This document shows positions 40,420 to 51,995 of a stretch of 61,150 nt of DNA, in pieces; position 1 is the stretch's first letter, and each line of letters starts with the position of its first letter. A model generated the notes under the pieces. The model worked only from the letters and a program-made list of their open reading frames with translations. It did no database searches and was not told where the DNA came from. Source of the stretch: Octopus bimaculoides (Eukaryota). Made by a program: the position numbers and the translations under genes. The DNA lies in NCBI RefSeq assembly GCF_001194135.2, contig NC_068988.1:46422132-46483281 (forward strand), in the 5' to 3' direction.

Positions 40420-41520
40420 TGTAGTCCTTATTTACTAGCCGATCATACTTATTTGAAGTGCCTTAGTGGCTAGCAGGGGGAACAGCCTGGAACTAGCCAA
40501 GCTATTCTGGGATACCTCAGTCGATGCCGCTCACACAGGGACTGGAGATTAGCACCTCTGTGCAAAACGGGTTAAGAGGTGTGAAAAAACGAAAGAGCTC
40601 CGTACTCCTGTGGCCCAAAAGAAAAAAAAAAGAAAAAGAAAAACGGAACACTGCCGGCATGTCCTGAAACCCCGCCAATGGGAATTATGTCATCGACGGA
40701 GGAAGCTATGGCCCCTCCCAGTGAAATTAATGAAGAATATGTAGTCTTCTATTTCAAGGGAAGAGCTGTAGAAAATTTTGTAAATAGTGTTGCAGGTAGT
40801 GGGTAGCGATTTTCTTCACTACTTTAGTGAGTGACGACCCTGCTTGACACGAGTCCCGGGCTCAGCTGCCTGCGGCTGACAGTACCCAGTATGGGCTCCT
40901 ATCCAGGGATACGGAAAGGACACAACCTTCAAAGAAATCCGGAGTGGAGCCCCGTAGGCGGTTTAGTGTTCGACTTGACACTCTTCAGGCAGCTCCTGCA
41001 ACCAGGCTGGTACCAAACGTAATGCTCTGCACTCCTTTGGACTAAGTCAGCAAGGTCGAGAGAGGAATCCTGACGATTGGGCAACCCAGGATTTTCTTAC
41101 ATCTAGCCCAGGCCTGCGCAAAACTGGTGAAGAACCTGGAGAGGACATGAAATGTAAAAACCAGACTGGATTAGTTTGTGTGCAACTCCATTGTCTCCCG
41201 AGACAAAAGGATGCCAACAACAAGTGTTGCAGATCGGGAACTGATGGTCCCGACCTGCATTGGTAGTCCATATTGGCCTCTGGAGGTGGCTGCGGAGCTA
41301 ATGGAAGAGAGCGAGTTTTTCAAGATTATGGATTCCTTCTCTAAAGAGGAATATAAATTTCTCTTTTGGGTGCCCGACCTGCTGCTGCGTGATTGCCTGC
41401 AGGCGGTAAGGGATTTTAATTGGGGATGGTTCATAAGAGGCCTAGCACCTCAATTTGTTATTATAAGAGGTTTATTACCTCATTTGTGATTTTTGTTTGT
41501 TAATAAAAAAAAAAGAAAAA
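40420..41520 (+). pseudogene. GC-rich degenerate ORF island ending in AATAAA and an A-rich tail, origin unknown
   Basis: One frame from ~40830 to 41489 reads through only four stops, ending ...YWPLEVAAELMEESEFFKIMDSFSKEEYKFLFWVPDLLLRDCLQAVRDFNWGWFIRG...LPHL*; followed by taataaaaaaaaaagaaaaaa. Confidence 0.5.
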
Positions 41521-41834
41521 AGGACAAAGAAGAACAGTGTTCTCGAGGGGTAATTGATCGGCGGGTGTCGTTGCCCCTCTCATCTATATCATTATATTGT
41601 GTATCATTTCTTCTCATTTGTATTATTGTCTAGCCCGCATTGCTACTTCAATACACTTTGTAATGCACTTGTAGCAAATTTCATGAAATAAAGTGGCGTG
41701 GAAGTAGAGGAGAAGATGAGACAGAGAGATGAAGATGAGGTGTACATTTCGAAATTCAACTGACCACGATTAGTCAGCTTATAAAAATGCTTAATGGGTG
41801 TAAAAATCGTTCTGCGTGTGTGTATATATAAATA

Positions 41835-42200
41835 TATGAGACAAGTTCATCACATCACAGCGTTCAGTATCTCATCTCGTTCGGCCTAACGGCCCTCAAC
41901 GTTTGTTTTTCGCCGTGTTGGTTTCTGTTTGCTACTTTGACATCCTTCGCATAGAAGGCTTCACTTAATTTGCTTCGCGGGAAGAGCTATTCTAAGAGCG
42001 TGCCCTGCCTCATCTTCGAAACGCCTAGTTTAGAATAGAGGCAACTGATGAAGGAAAACTTCCAGATGCAGCTTGTCTGTTTTCCTGTGTTCATTCTGTT
42101 GTCCGTAAAAAAAGTTCGTTTTTTGTGCTTTGTTTATGTTCCCGTTCCTTTTTTGTCCACGTTTTTATGACGTCCTGTACCCGAATATGCATCTATATAT
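41835..42200 (+). mobile_element. Microsatellite-flanked element with a partial hammerhead-like motif
   Basis: AGGCAA CUGAUGA A GGAA AAC UUCC ... UUGUCU at 42039-42079; GAAA core absent. Confidence 0.4.
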
Positions 42201-42597
42201 ACAAGTAGATGTAGGTATGTACATATATGTATGCATATCATTTGTATCATATATATNNNNNNNNNNNNNNNNNNNNNNNNNNNNNNNNNNNNNNNNNNNN
42301 NNNNNNNNNNNNNNNNNNNNNNNNNNNNNNNNNNNNNNNNNNNNNNNNNNNNNNNNNNNNNNNNNNNNNNNNNNNNNNNNNNNNNNNNNNNNNNNNNNNN
42401 NNNNNNNNNNNNNNNNNNNNNNNNNNNNNNNNNNNNNNNNNNNNNNNNNNNNNNNNNNNNNNNNNNNNNNNNNNNNNNNNNNNNNNNNNNNNNNNNNNNN
42501 NNNNNNNTATGTATACATACATATATATATACACATATATATATATATACATATATATATATGTATGTATATATACATATGTATATATATAACTATG

Positions 42598-42662
<65 letters not shown>

Positions 42663-43058
42663 TTAGAGAGATAGAGAAATAGTTTTCGATTCCAATATTT
42701 TGGACGTCAGAGGTGAATATTTTTAGCATCGGAAAATGCTATATAGAGAAATGAGAAAGAAAACATTTTCTAATTAAGCGCAAGTCTGTCTTCAACATTC
42801 TTCTAAATTGATATTTATCTCTTGGGCAATTACTTACCTTCCAACTTACACCAAACTTGATCATTGTTGGATATCAATTTATAATCACAATAAAATGGAG
42901 AAAATAAAATAACGAAAATAGTAATATTTAAAGCTGAAAATATATTATTAACGATAAATACAGCATTAAAATCATTACGCATCTTATAAGCTTGAAAAAA
43001 CATTCAGCTTATCTTCATTAAAATGAAGAAAAATATATGTGCATATATTCACTATATA

Positions 43059-43430
43059 CGTGGCACTCCGTCGGTTATAACGACGGGGGTTCCAGTTGAT
43101 CCAATGAACGGAACAGCCTGCTCGTGAAATTAACGATTAACGTGCAAGTGTCTGAGCACTCCACAGACACGTGTACCTTTAATGTAGTTCTCGAGAAGAT
43201 TCAGCGTGACGCAGAGTGTGACCAGGCTGGCCCTTTGAAATACAGGTACAACAGAAACAGGAAGAAAGAGAGAAAATTATGGCGAAAGAGTATAGCAGGG
43301 TTCGCCACCACCCCCTGACGGATCCTCGTAAAACTTTAGGTGTTTTCGCTTAATAAACACTCACAATGGCCGGTCTGGGAATCGAAACCGCGAGTCTGCT
43401 GCCCTAACCACTGGGCCATTGCGCCTCCAC
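43059..43430 (-). mobile_element. tRNA-derived SINE, same family as 28041
   Basis: tggcactccgtcgg...ccctaaccactgggccattgcgcctccac. Confidence 0.92.
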
Positions 43431-43879
43431 ATTTAGTGTATAATAACTTACGATAAGCTATGTTACTTATGTTTATCTCCCTAAAACGCTTTCACATATT
43501 TTGCACCTAGGCAACGTCGGTTTACTCTGCTAAATTATGTAATCTACATGCTGTGAGGAAGATATCTTGCGCAGCTCAGCTCAAGCTGTCACCATCTTAT
43601 TCGGCAATTATCGCCTTTGTTCACGAAAGTGTCATTTTTGAGAACGAACGGTATTTGAGAGTGAAAATTTGTCTCCCTAGGTAAAGGTGGCGACCTAGTA
43701 TTTTGAAACGGAAATTACGTCTTCTAAAGAAATATTTGACAAACGACACCATAATAAATTGGAGCTCGAGCAATTAGCGGATTCATATAAGATCTCATAA
43801 ACTTTTTTCTACAACTGTTCACAAGCGAAGAAAAGGTCTAGAAAAATATTGAAGTTCGAAACACATTTTTCTTTAGAAT

Positions 43880-44400
43880 AATGTAAGAAAAAATTCCTGA
43901 CCTCAATAGATTAGCATTTTCCTGAAGTTACTAAAGAAAAATCTTTAACAAACCATCTTTAAAGGTCAGAGATAGTTTTACTCCCAACAATAAGAAAATA
44001 ATCTGAAGTAGAACCACCAGACAAGATAATTCCAGATTACACATTCATAAATCCAAAACTCTGCCCAAAAAATCAGACACGCAACGTAAGTCAGTATCAT
44101 ACGAATCTGAAGTCACCTCAAGACACAAAATAAAAGGTTCGATAAACGAAATAACAAGATATAACAAGAAATTAGCAAACGATCTCATGACACAGATGGA
44201 CAACGTTATCATTTACTGCATCAAATGGAAAACCCTGGAGAAATGAAAACCACATGTGAATGGATGAAAACTGCAGGTTCTGTAATGTAGAAAACATCCT
44301 GCCAAATTCAAAGAGCTACGCAAGCTATTTAACTTAGAATTTAGCTAATTCACTTAGTGTATCCATCAAAACAAGATTGTCACATCCAAATGGATAATTC
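43880..44400 (+). pseudogene. Decayed PLE C-terminal fragment (thumb to GIY-YIG)
   Basis: KFLTSID*HFP (43891), NPKLCPK, RKSVSYESEVTS, IKWKTLEK*KPH (44220), CRFCNVE (44272), CIHQNK (44358). Confidence 0.7.
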
Positions 44401-46109
44401 CCCCTTCACCGGAATGACAGTTCCCCAGACATACACCCATGTTGCACCCAAAACAGGCATCATAAATGTACACTGAGCATAAAACATTTCTTCATTTTGA
44501 TCACTACTGTATGCTAAAATACTTATACATCCCAACATCCGACGAGAACACACGCATGTGAATAAATGAATAAATGCCTAAATTCTGCGCAACATAATAT
44601 GCCTACAAAATACTTTTTTCCCTGTTTAATAAAAAAATAATGTGTTAGGTTTTAAAACGAAGTAATTTGCTGACGATACAAAGTGTGCAAATTTTTTTGC
44701 AAAACGCTAATTTATTGTCCCTTCAATTTTTAAAAAATTGCAAGTTATCATTTTTGTAAAAATATTAAGAGTGCCAGGCTAGACGGTAAGGGCATGATCT
44801 AAGTTAAGCTAGATATCATTCTCACAATATAGAACGTGATCTAATATAGAACATGATAGAAGTTAAACCAGATATCATCCACACAATATGGAACGTATAT
44901 AGTTTGGCGAAAATAATATAATGAATATAAAATATTATTAGCTCACAAATATATTGAGTACTTCAGTTTGTAAGACTTACCAACAAATAGTTCACTACAT
45001 ACATACACACATACATACATACATACACACATACAAACATACATTCATACATAATACACACATACATGCATACATACATACATAATACACACATACATAC
45101 ATACATACATATATACACATAAACATACATACACATATACATAAACATATGCCCAAATGCATACACGTATTATGTGTGTGTACGTGTTGGTGCTTTCACA
45201 TGTGTGCGTAGTTATCTATGCTTTTATTTATTTATTTCTGAGGCACTAATGCTTCTTTTGAAGAGCGTTTATTCCCGTTATGTCTATAGTTATGTTGCTT
45301 GTGAGTATACTGTAAGTTTGTATGTAAATGTATGTGTCTCTGTGTCTACATATTTTTCCTTCAGACATCAGCAAACTATATATTTTTTCTGGCTAGAGAA
45401 CTTACCTGACTCCTAGCTTGTTTCTTCTTTATATATACATGCATATATATATATATATATATATANNNNNNNNNNNNNNNNNNNNNNNNNNNNNNNNNNN
45501 NNNNNNNNNNNNNNNNNNNNNNNNNNNNNNNNNNNNNNNNNNNNNNNNNNNNNNNNNNNNNNNNNNNNNNNNNNNNNNNNNNNNNNNNNNNNNNNNNNNN
45601 NNNNNNNNNNNNNNNNNNNNNNNNNNNNNNNNNNNNNNNNNNNNNNNNNNNNNNNNNNNNNNNNNNNNNNNNNNNNNNNNNNNNNNNNNNNNNNNNNNNN
45701 NNNNNNNNNNNNNNNNNNNNNNNNNNNNNNNNNNNNNNNNNNNNNNNNNNNNNNNNNNNNNNNNNNNNNNNNNNNNNNNNNNNNNNNNNNNNNNNNNNNN
45801 NNNNNNNNNNNNNNNNNNNNNNNNNNNNNNNNNNNNNNNNNNNNNNNNNNNNNNNNNNNNNNNNNNNNNNNNNNNNNNNNNNNNNNNNNNNNNNNNNNNN
45901 NNNNNNNNNNNNNNNNNNNNNNNNNNNNNNNNNNNNNNNNNNNNNNNNNNNNNNNNNNNNNNNNNNNNNNNNNNNNNNNNNNNNNNNNNNNNNNNNNNNN
46001 NNNNNNNNNNNNNNNNNNNNNNNNNNNNNNNNNNNNNNNNNNNNNNNNNNNNNNNNNNNNNNNNNNNNNNNNNNNNNNNNNNNNNNNNNNNNNNNNNNNN
46101 NNNNNNNNN

Positions 46110-46110
<1 letters not shown>

Positions 46111-46151
<41 letters not shown>

Positions 46152-46187
46152 TTGACGATAGTGATGATGATGATGATGATGATGATC

Positions 46188-46220
<33 letters not shown>

Positions 46221-46238
46221 GTAATAATAATAATAATA
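46111..46238. repeat. (TAA)n/(TGA)n compound repeat
   Basis: Direct sequence; another (TAA)n at 58174-58236. Confidence 0.97.
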
Positions 46239-46590
46239 CTCACCTTAAAAGAGCACAAAAAGAAACGAAAAAGAAAAGATGAAGAAAAAAATGATAAAGC
46301 AATATAAACACACGCACACACACACACACACACACACAGAAGAGTAATAAACGAAGAAGGTGTCATTTTCAATCAAAATATTTACATTTTCCCAGAAATC
46401 ATGACTGTTATTTTATTCTTCCTCCTTCTCAGCTTCCTCTCTCATCCATGCCTTACCATTTCGTTGTTAATATTTTTCTTCAATGTTTGTATTTGCTTTT
46501 CTCTTTACCTCAATATTTATGGGTCCAAGAATAGCCCCTTTATTCCTGAAAGGTTTGGGGGTAGGTATAAAGAATTTGACCCCCAACCTC

Positions 46591-46631
<41 letters not shown>

Positions 46632-47389
46632 TTTCTCTGCTTCACCCCTTACTTCCCGTGAAGAAATCCCTCTTTAGTTACTTATTAATTTTCATCATGT
46701 TCTCCTTAGACTTCTGTCAACTTTAATCAATTTCCGAAACGAAAAAAAAAAAAAACGTGTCGACTGCTTTCTCAATTAGTATTTTTACTTGTTATTGTTG
46801 TTGGAGTACATGTTGTTTTTGTTTTCGTTGTTGCTGTTATTATTATCATTATTATCATTATTATTATTATTATTATTATTTTATTACTAAATATTCAGCC
46901 ACATCCTTCTCCATCTATCTTATTTTTGTGTTTCTCTTACCGTTTTATTCTTTTCTTTTGTTTTCTGCTTACATCTTTTCCTTTCTTTCTTGGCAATCTC
47001 ACTTTCTCTACCTGTCTGTCTCTCTGTCTGTCTCTGCCTGTCTGTCTCTCTATCTCTCTCTTTACCATTTTCAAGCAATGTCTATTCTCTGCAACACATT
47101 TTTTCTCCATCTTCTCTCGTTTCTCTTCTTTTCATTCCAGTCTTTTTTTCTTTCTTTCTCATTTACAGTTTTTCTTCTCTATTATCGTTACTTTTTCTCC
47201 TCTTCACCATGGTTAAAATCAACCTCATCTCTGCTCAGTCTGACATTAAGTACATCCATCTGTTACTGCTTAAACCATTTCATCTTTATCATGGGCATTC
47301 TCCGCTTTGAGATTTATCTCCATCTTCTGAATCCCCCTTGTAGAATCACAGCAGAACGGTATCATAATAAATGGTCCTGCTAGTTGCTA

Positions 47390-47420
<31 letters not shown>

Positions 47421-47429
47421 GTGTGTGTA

Positions 47430-47480
<51 letters not shown>

Positions 47481-47957
47481 NNNNNNNNNNNNNNNNNNNN
47501 NNNNNNNNNNNNNNNNNNNNNNNNNNNNNNNNNNNNNNNNNNNNNNNNNNNNNNNNNNNNNNNNNNNNNNNNNNNNNNNNNNNNNNNNNNNNNNNNNNNN
47601 NNNNNNNNNNNNNNNNNNNNNNNNNNNNNNNNNNNNNNNNNNNNNNNNNNNNNNNNNNNNNNNNNNNNNNNNNNNNNNNNNNNNNNNNNNNNNNNNNNNN
47701 NNNNNNNNNNNNNNNNNNNNNNNNNNNNNNNNNNNNNNNNNNNNNNNNNNNNNNNNNNNNNNNNNNNNNNNNNNNNNNNNNNNNNNNNNNNNNNNNNNNN
47801 NNNNNNNNNNNNNNNNNNNNNNNNNNNNNNNNNNNNNNNNNNNNNNNNNNNNNNNNNNNNNNNNNNNNNNNNNNNNNNNNNNNNNNNNNNNNNNNNNAAA
47901 AAAAGACGAAGACGGGTGTGTAAACAACAAACAGATGTATTAGCTCGGGAAGTGAGA

Positions 47958-47997
47958 AAGTCTTTTACGTTTCGAGCCTACGCTCTTCGACAAAAAA
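47958..47997 (-). ncRNA. Degenerate minimal type I hammerhead-like motif
   Basis: UUGUCGA A GAGC GUAG GCUC GAAA CGUA AAAGAC; perfect stem II and GAAACGUA, two mismatches in CUGANGA. Confidence 0.45.
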
Positions 47998-48351
47998 GAA
48001 CACAGAAATAAACAGGGAGAGAAAATAATATATTTATATGTATATATGTACTCGAATATGTTAACCTCATGAAGGGATGGTTTCATCCAAGGAAATACTG
48101 GTTCAATACCTAGAATTTTAGGGGAATTAATTTCCTTAAAATAATAGGTATATATATATATATATAAACATATAGTTTTTATTCATATAAAAGAAGAAAA
48201 AGAAAATGGAGATCGTGGAGTTAATTTTTTGCTACTAACAGCAAATTAATCATCATCCCTTACAGCTGTTTCAATTACTGCTCAGTAAATATTGAGTAAA
48301 TATTAAATTCCCCTACAGAGGAAAAAGGATATACACCCTTGGATATTTTAT

Positions 48352-48678
48352 ATGTATGGATTCATTATAGCAGACTCATCGTATGTATGGCAGCTGAAAG
48401 ACGACGGGATTCCATACACAATGACATGGAGAATCCGAGAAAATCCAGGCGCCTACATGAGTCGGTCCAAGCGCTGTAAATTATGTACAGCGGAAGGGGT
48501 GAGGATTCTAAAGGACTCCCTCGATCCGGGGAATATCCTTAACTCCAGAACGAAGGTCTTCGGTCCGTACTTGCATTTCAAGAAATTCCTGCTGCCCTAT
48601 TGGAACCCACAGGATAAAACAGGTCACTGGAGATCGATAACCAAAGGGAGACAATCCTCTGTTGCTGACATTGATTAG
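48352..48678 (+). pseudogene. PLE GIY-YIG endonuclease C-terminal fragment
   Basis: SSYVWQLKDDGIPYTMTWRIRENPGAYMSRSKRCKLCTAEGVRIL...LNSRTKVFGPYLHFKKFLL matches the recalled PLE end pattern YIWxLK...W.I...Y....KRCxLCxxEK..IL...LNxRxE....CxHxxKFLL. Confidence 0.8.
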
Positions 48679-48873
48679 CATGGTCCTTTCCTCCTTCATA
48701 TTCTAGAGCAGCCACTCTCTCGAGAGGTCTTAAACCAACAGTCTTGGGGAGCTGATGATACGCCGTAAAGCTAAACGCTTAATGGACCTAAACCGATCTT
48801 ATCTAACTTTATTTATATTATATACTGCTCCATAAGAGTGTGCTTATTTTTCAGATTTATGCTTTACCGACGA

Positions 48874-48928
<55 letters not shown>

Positions 48929-49789
48929 ATACAAAATATGTGTTATATAAAATCACATGTATGTATAAATGTATAGATATATGTTGTATATATTTAAGTA
49001 TATAATTGTGTATATATATATGTGTGTGTCTCTGTGTGTTTGCATATACACACCTACACGTATACATCCTGTCACTAATTCACGCGCGCACATTTTATAT
49101 ATGAAAATATGCTTATATATGCGGCTGGTGTGTTGGAGCAGTGTGCACCTAAGTGAATTTGGTCTACCAAACTTGAGAAATAGAACTCCTTATTTCATAT
49201 ATATTACACACACACACACACATACATAAATGTATTCACTACGTAAGTATCCATGTATCGATGTAAGTGTACGTCAATATGCGTGTTGGATGACTTTGAA
49301 CAGATGTTGATGAAGTAGCTGTTAAAAGATTACTTGATAAAAGATTATAGATTCAATGAAATATCTTTAGTTTAAGTGGGCGAAGAAATTCAGTTCAGTA
49401 ATTTGTTTTGATATTTTGTCACTGACTTCAACACTTTATCATTGCAATCATTGACAGGTATGCATGCTTTAATAATATTTTCGTCTTTCTCACCTTTTCT
49501 CTCCTATTTATAAATGTAGGGTACTGTGATAGAGATATAAATCTTATATCGTATAAAATACTTCTGAAGATACTAGCACATTATAATGTTCAGCTCAGTA
49601 AACTCGCAGTATGCTTGGTCTATCAGTGCAATAATATAACCTCAAGCATATTTAGTACATCTGTCATTTGCTCTGTAGCCATTCCAACTACTACAATGGT
49701 AAATATATTTTATCTGAACATCTCATGTAGTTCTATCTTCTTTCGGTATATGCTACATTTTCTATAGTATTTAATATTACAATATAACT

Positions 49790-50295
49790 AAGGCGGCGAG
49801 CTGCCCACCGTGCAAAATGCTTTTTACTCTTTTACTCTTTTACTTGTTTCAGTCATTTGACTGCGGCCATACTGGAGCACCGCCTTTTTAGTCGAGCATA
49901 TCGACCCCGGGACTTATTCTTTGTAAGCCTAGTACTTATTCTATCGGTCTCTTTTGCCGAACCGCTAAGTGACGGGGACATCCGTCTACCAAATTCACTC
50001 ACAAGGCTTTGGTCAGCCCGAGGTTATAGTAGAAGACACTTGCCCAAGGTGCCACGCAGTGGGACTGAACCCGGTACCATGTGGTTGGTAAGCAAGCTAC
50101 TTACCACACAGCCACTCCTATCGGCATTTTGTTCGTTGTTACATTCCGAGTTGTAATTCCGTCGAGATCGACTTTACCTTTCATTCTTTTAAGATCGATA
50201 AAATAAGTACCAGTGCTCAACTTGGGTCGATTTAATCGACTTACCCTCTCCCCTTAAGCTGCTGGCTTTGCGTCAAAATTTGAAGCCAGTATTAC
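49790..50295. mobile_element. Nested SINEs: minus-strand SINE (49822-50119) inside a plus-strand tRNA-head SINE
   Basis: The aaggcggcgagctg head at 49790 resumes with ...gtcgagatcgactttacctttc...aagtaccagt after 50120. Confidence 0.75.
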
Positions 50296-50902
50296 AATAT
50301 AGTTAAGAAGACTCTAAACAGGCGTTTGACCTGCTAGAAATAGCCACCAAATCATTTTCAAATACCTTATAGTTTTTAATCAAGAAGGTAAGGTCTGCCT
50401 GATATGTGTTGGGTGATATGAGTTGGCCTTGGATAAACAAAAAATGATCCCAACAACAACTTTTTCAGTCTTTCTTGTCTGAAAGGCTTTGCAAAAGCCA
50501 AGCCACCAAACCCTTCTTCCAGATTTAATTAATATAAAACATGTTGCATATTTTGTAAAACAACGTTGAGAAAGAATTCACAGCTAAATTGTTGATTCTT
50601 GTTATTATCAATAACAAAAGCTTGCAATGAAATCGGATTACAATGCACATGATGAAAATTATACTTATGATATTTAGAAATCTTACAACGATATTAGTAC
50701 TTATATAATATCTAGCAAAGCTTACATGAGAATTGCTTAAAATACCTCTAGTTCACAATATAATTGAGGGTTATCAAACATATTGCTAATTAAACTTTAT
50801 TCAATTATCATTGGGTATCTGTTGGAAGAAGTGATAAAAGATTTCTAGAGATTTGCAACGGAATAAGTCATTTTGATTATTGATATTAATATTCGTGTAT
50901 GC

Positions 50903-51053
50903 AAAGGCGTTGAACTAACAGAATCGTCACAGTACACCGGGAAAAAATGCAAAGCGGTTTTTCGTCCGTCCTTACGTTCAAGAGTTCAAATTCTGCCATG
51001 GTCGACTTTGTCTTTTATACTTTCAGGGTTGATAAAATAAGTACCAGTTGAAC
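50903..51053 (+). mobile_element. Diverged tRNA-head SINE
   Basis: aaaggcgttgaactaacagaatcgt...gagttcaaattctgcc...ggtcgactttgtc...aagtaccagttga. Confidence 0.75.
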
Positions 51054-51418
51054 CAGATGTACCGTATGAGCATGTATGCATGCATATATGTGCGTTTGTA
51101 TTCATACATTTCAGGGTATGTACAGATATGTATACGCTTAGAACCAACTATAGATACATTTCTCAGATGATAACCTGAGTTAAATCACAAAACTCAAAGA
51201 TTCCCCGAAATTCCACCCATTTCCCAAACTACTTTCATTTTACTCGTATCAGTTTTAAAGTGGAGCTGTATCAGATGAATGGAGTTTTCAATTATGGTGT
51301 AATGTCATGAAATGATTCATTGTGTAAGTTGTAACTCGATGTTGAGTGTCTTGTCACTTATATATACGTATAATGTTTCTGTACTCTCTGAATATATATA
51401 CGCATATACGTATATATG

Positions 51419-51470
<52 letters not shown>

Positions 51471-51472
<2 letters not shown>

Positions 51473-51660
51473 AACAAGCAAGAAAAAACACGAAAACACA
51501 ACGCGAGGACGTGGAATAAGTACAATGTTATTGGACGCTCAGGAAAGGAAAGAACAGAAAAAGGATTTAACGTTTTGATCGGAGATCTTCGTCAGAAATA
51601 TAGGAAAAGTCCAAGGAAGGGAAGACAGAGAAAGAAAATCGCCAACGATGCACACGCGGT
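51471..51660 (-). mobile_element. 190-bp element inside (CA)n carrying a minimal hammerhead motif
   Basis: (CA)n on both sides; architecture matches 47899-48040 (..att(g/a)g..gctc(a/g)ggaa...ttt(a/t)acgttt(t/c)ga(t/g)c...(t)cttcg(t/a)ca). Confidence 0.65.
51565..51600 (-). ncRNA. Minimal type I hammerhead ribozyme with a single G12>A lesion
   Basis: AUUU CUGACGA A GAUC UCC GAUC AAAA CGUU AAAU; stem I 4 bp, stem II 4 bp, palindromic stem III. The only deviation is a CpG-type transition. Confidence 0.6.
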
Positions 51661-51924
51661 CACACACACACACACACACACGCACATACATATATACGCA
51701 CACACAAGCATATATATATATACATATATACGTATGTATGTATGAATGTATAATCATAATCGTTATTTGCATCGTGTACTCCGAGATCTGGAACAATATT
51801 TGCGTATTAATTATTAACAAACCTTGGCAGGTCCAGAAACAAAATGTATGCTGGTCGCTGTAGTGTACATCATCGGAGATTAATTTCTTCCTTTTACGAC
51901 GGCAGTGTATTCAACGCACTCGAC

Positions 51925-51995
51925 TCATCGGCGCACAGCTTTGTAGGATGCTGCTGTTTCGACATATTGTGTCTCGTCAGCCAGAAGCATCCAGA
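51925..51995 (-). ncRNA. Hammerhead-core structured motif
   Basis: GGAUGCUUCUGG CUGACGA GACA CAAUA UGUC GAAA CAGC AGCAUCCUACAAA GCUG UG; exact core and 4-bp stem II, but G at position 17 and poor stem I. Confidence 0.45.

Noticed and set aside
46757-47383. 208-aa hydrophobic ORF
   Set aside because: Low-complexity T/C-rich and (TAT)n sequence with no domain.
51950-51990. SECIS element (UGAC...GA), given that some PLEs encode selenoproteins
   Set aside because: The upper helix is far too short and there is no adjacent ORF.
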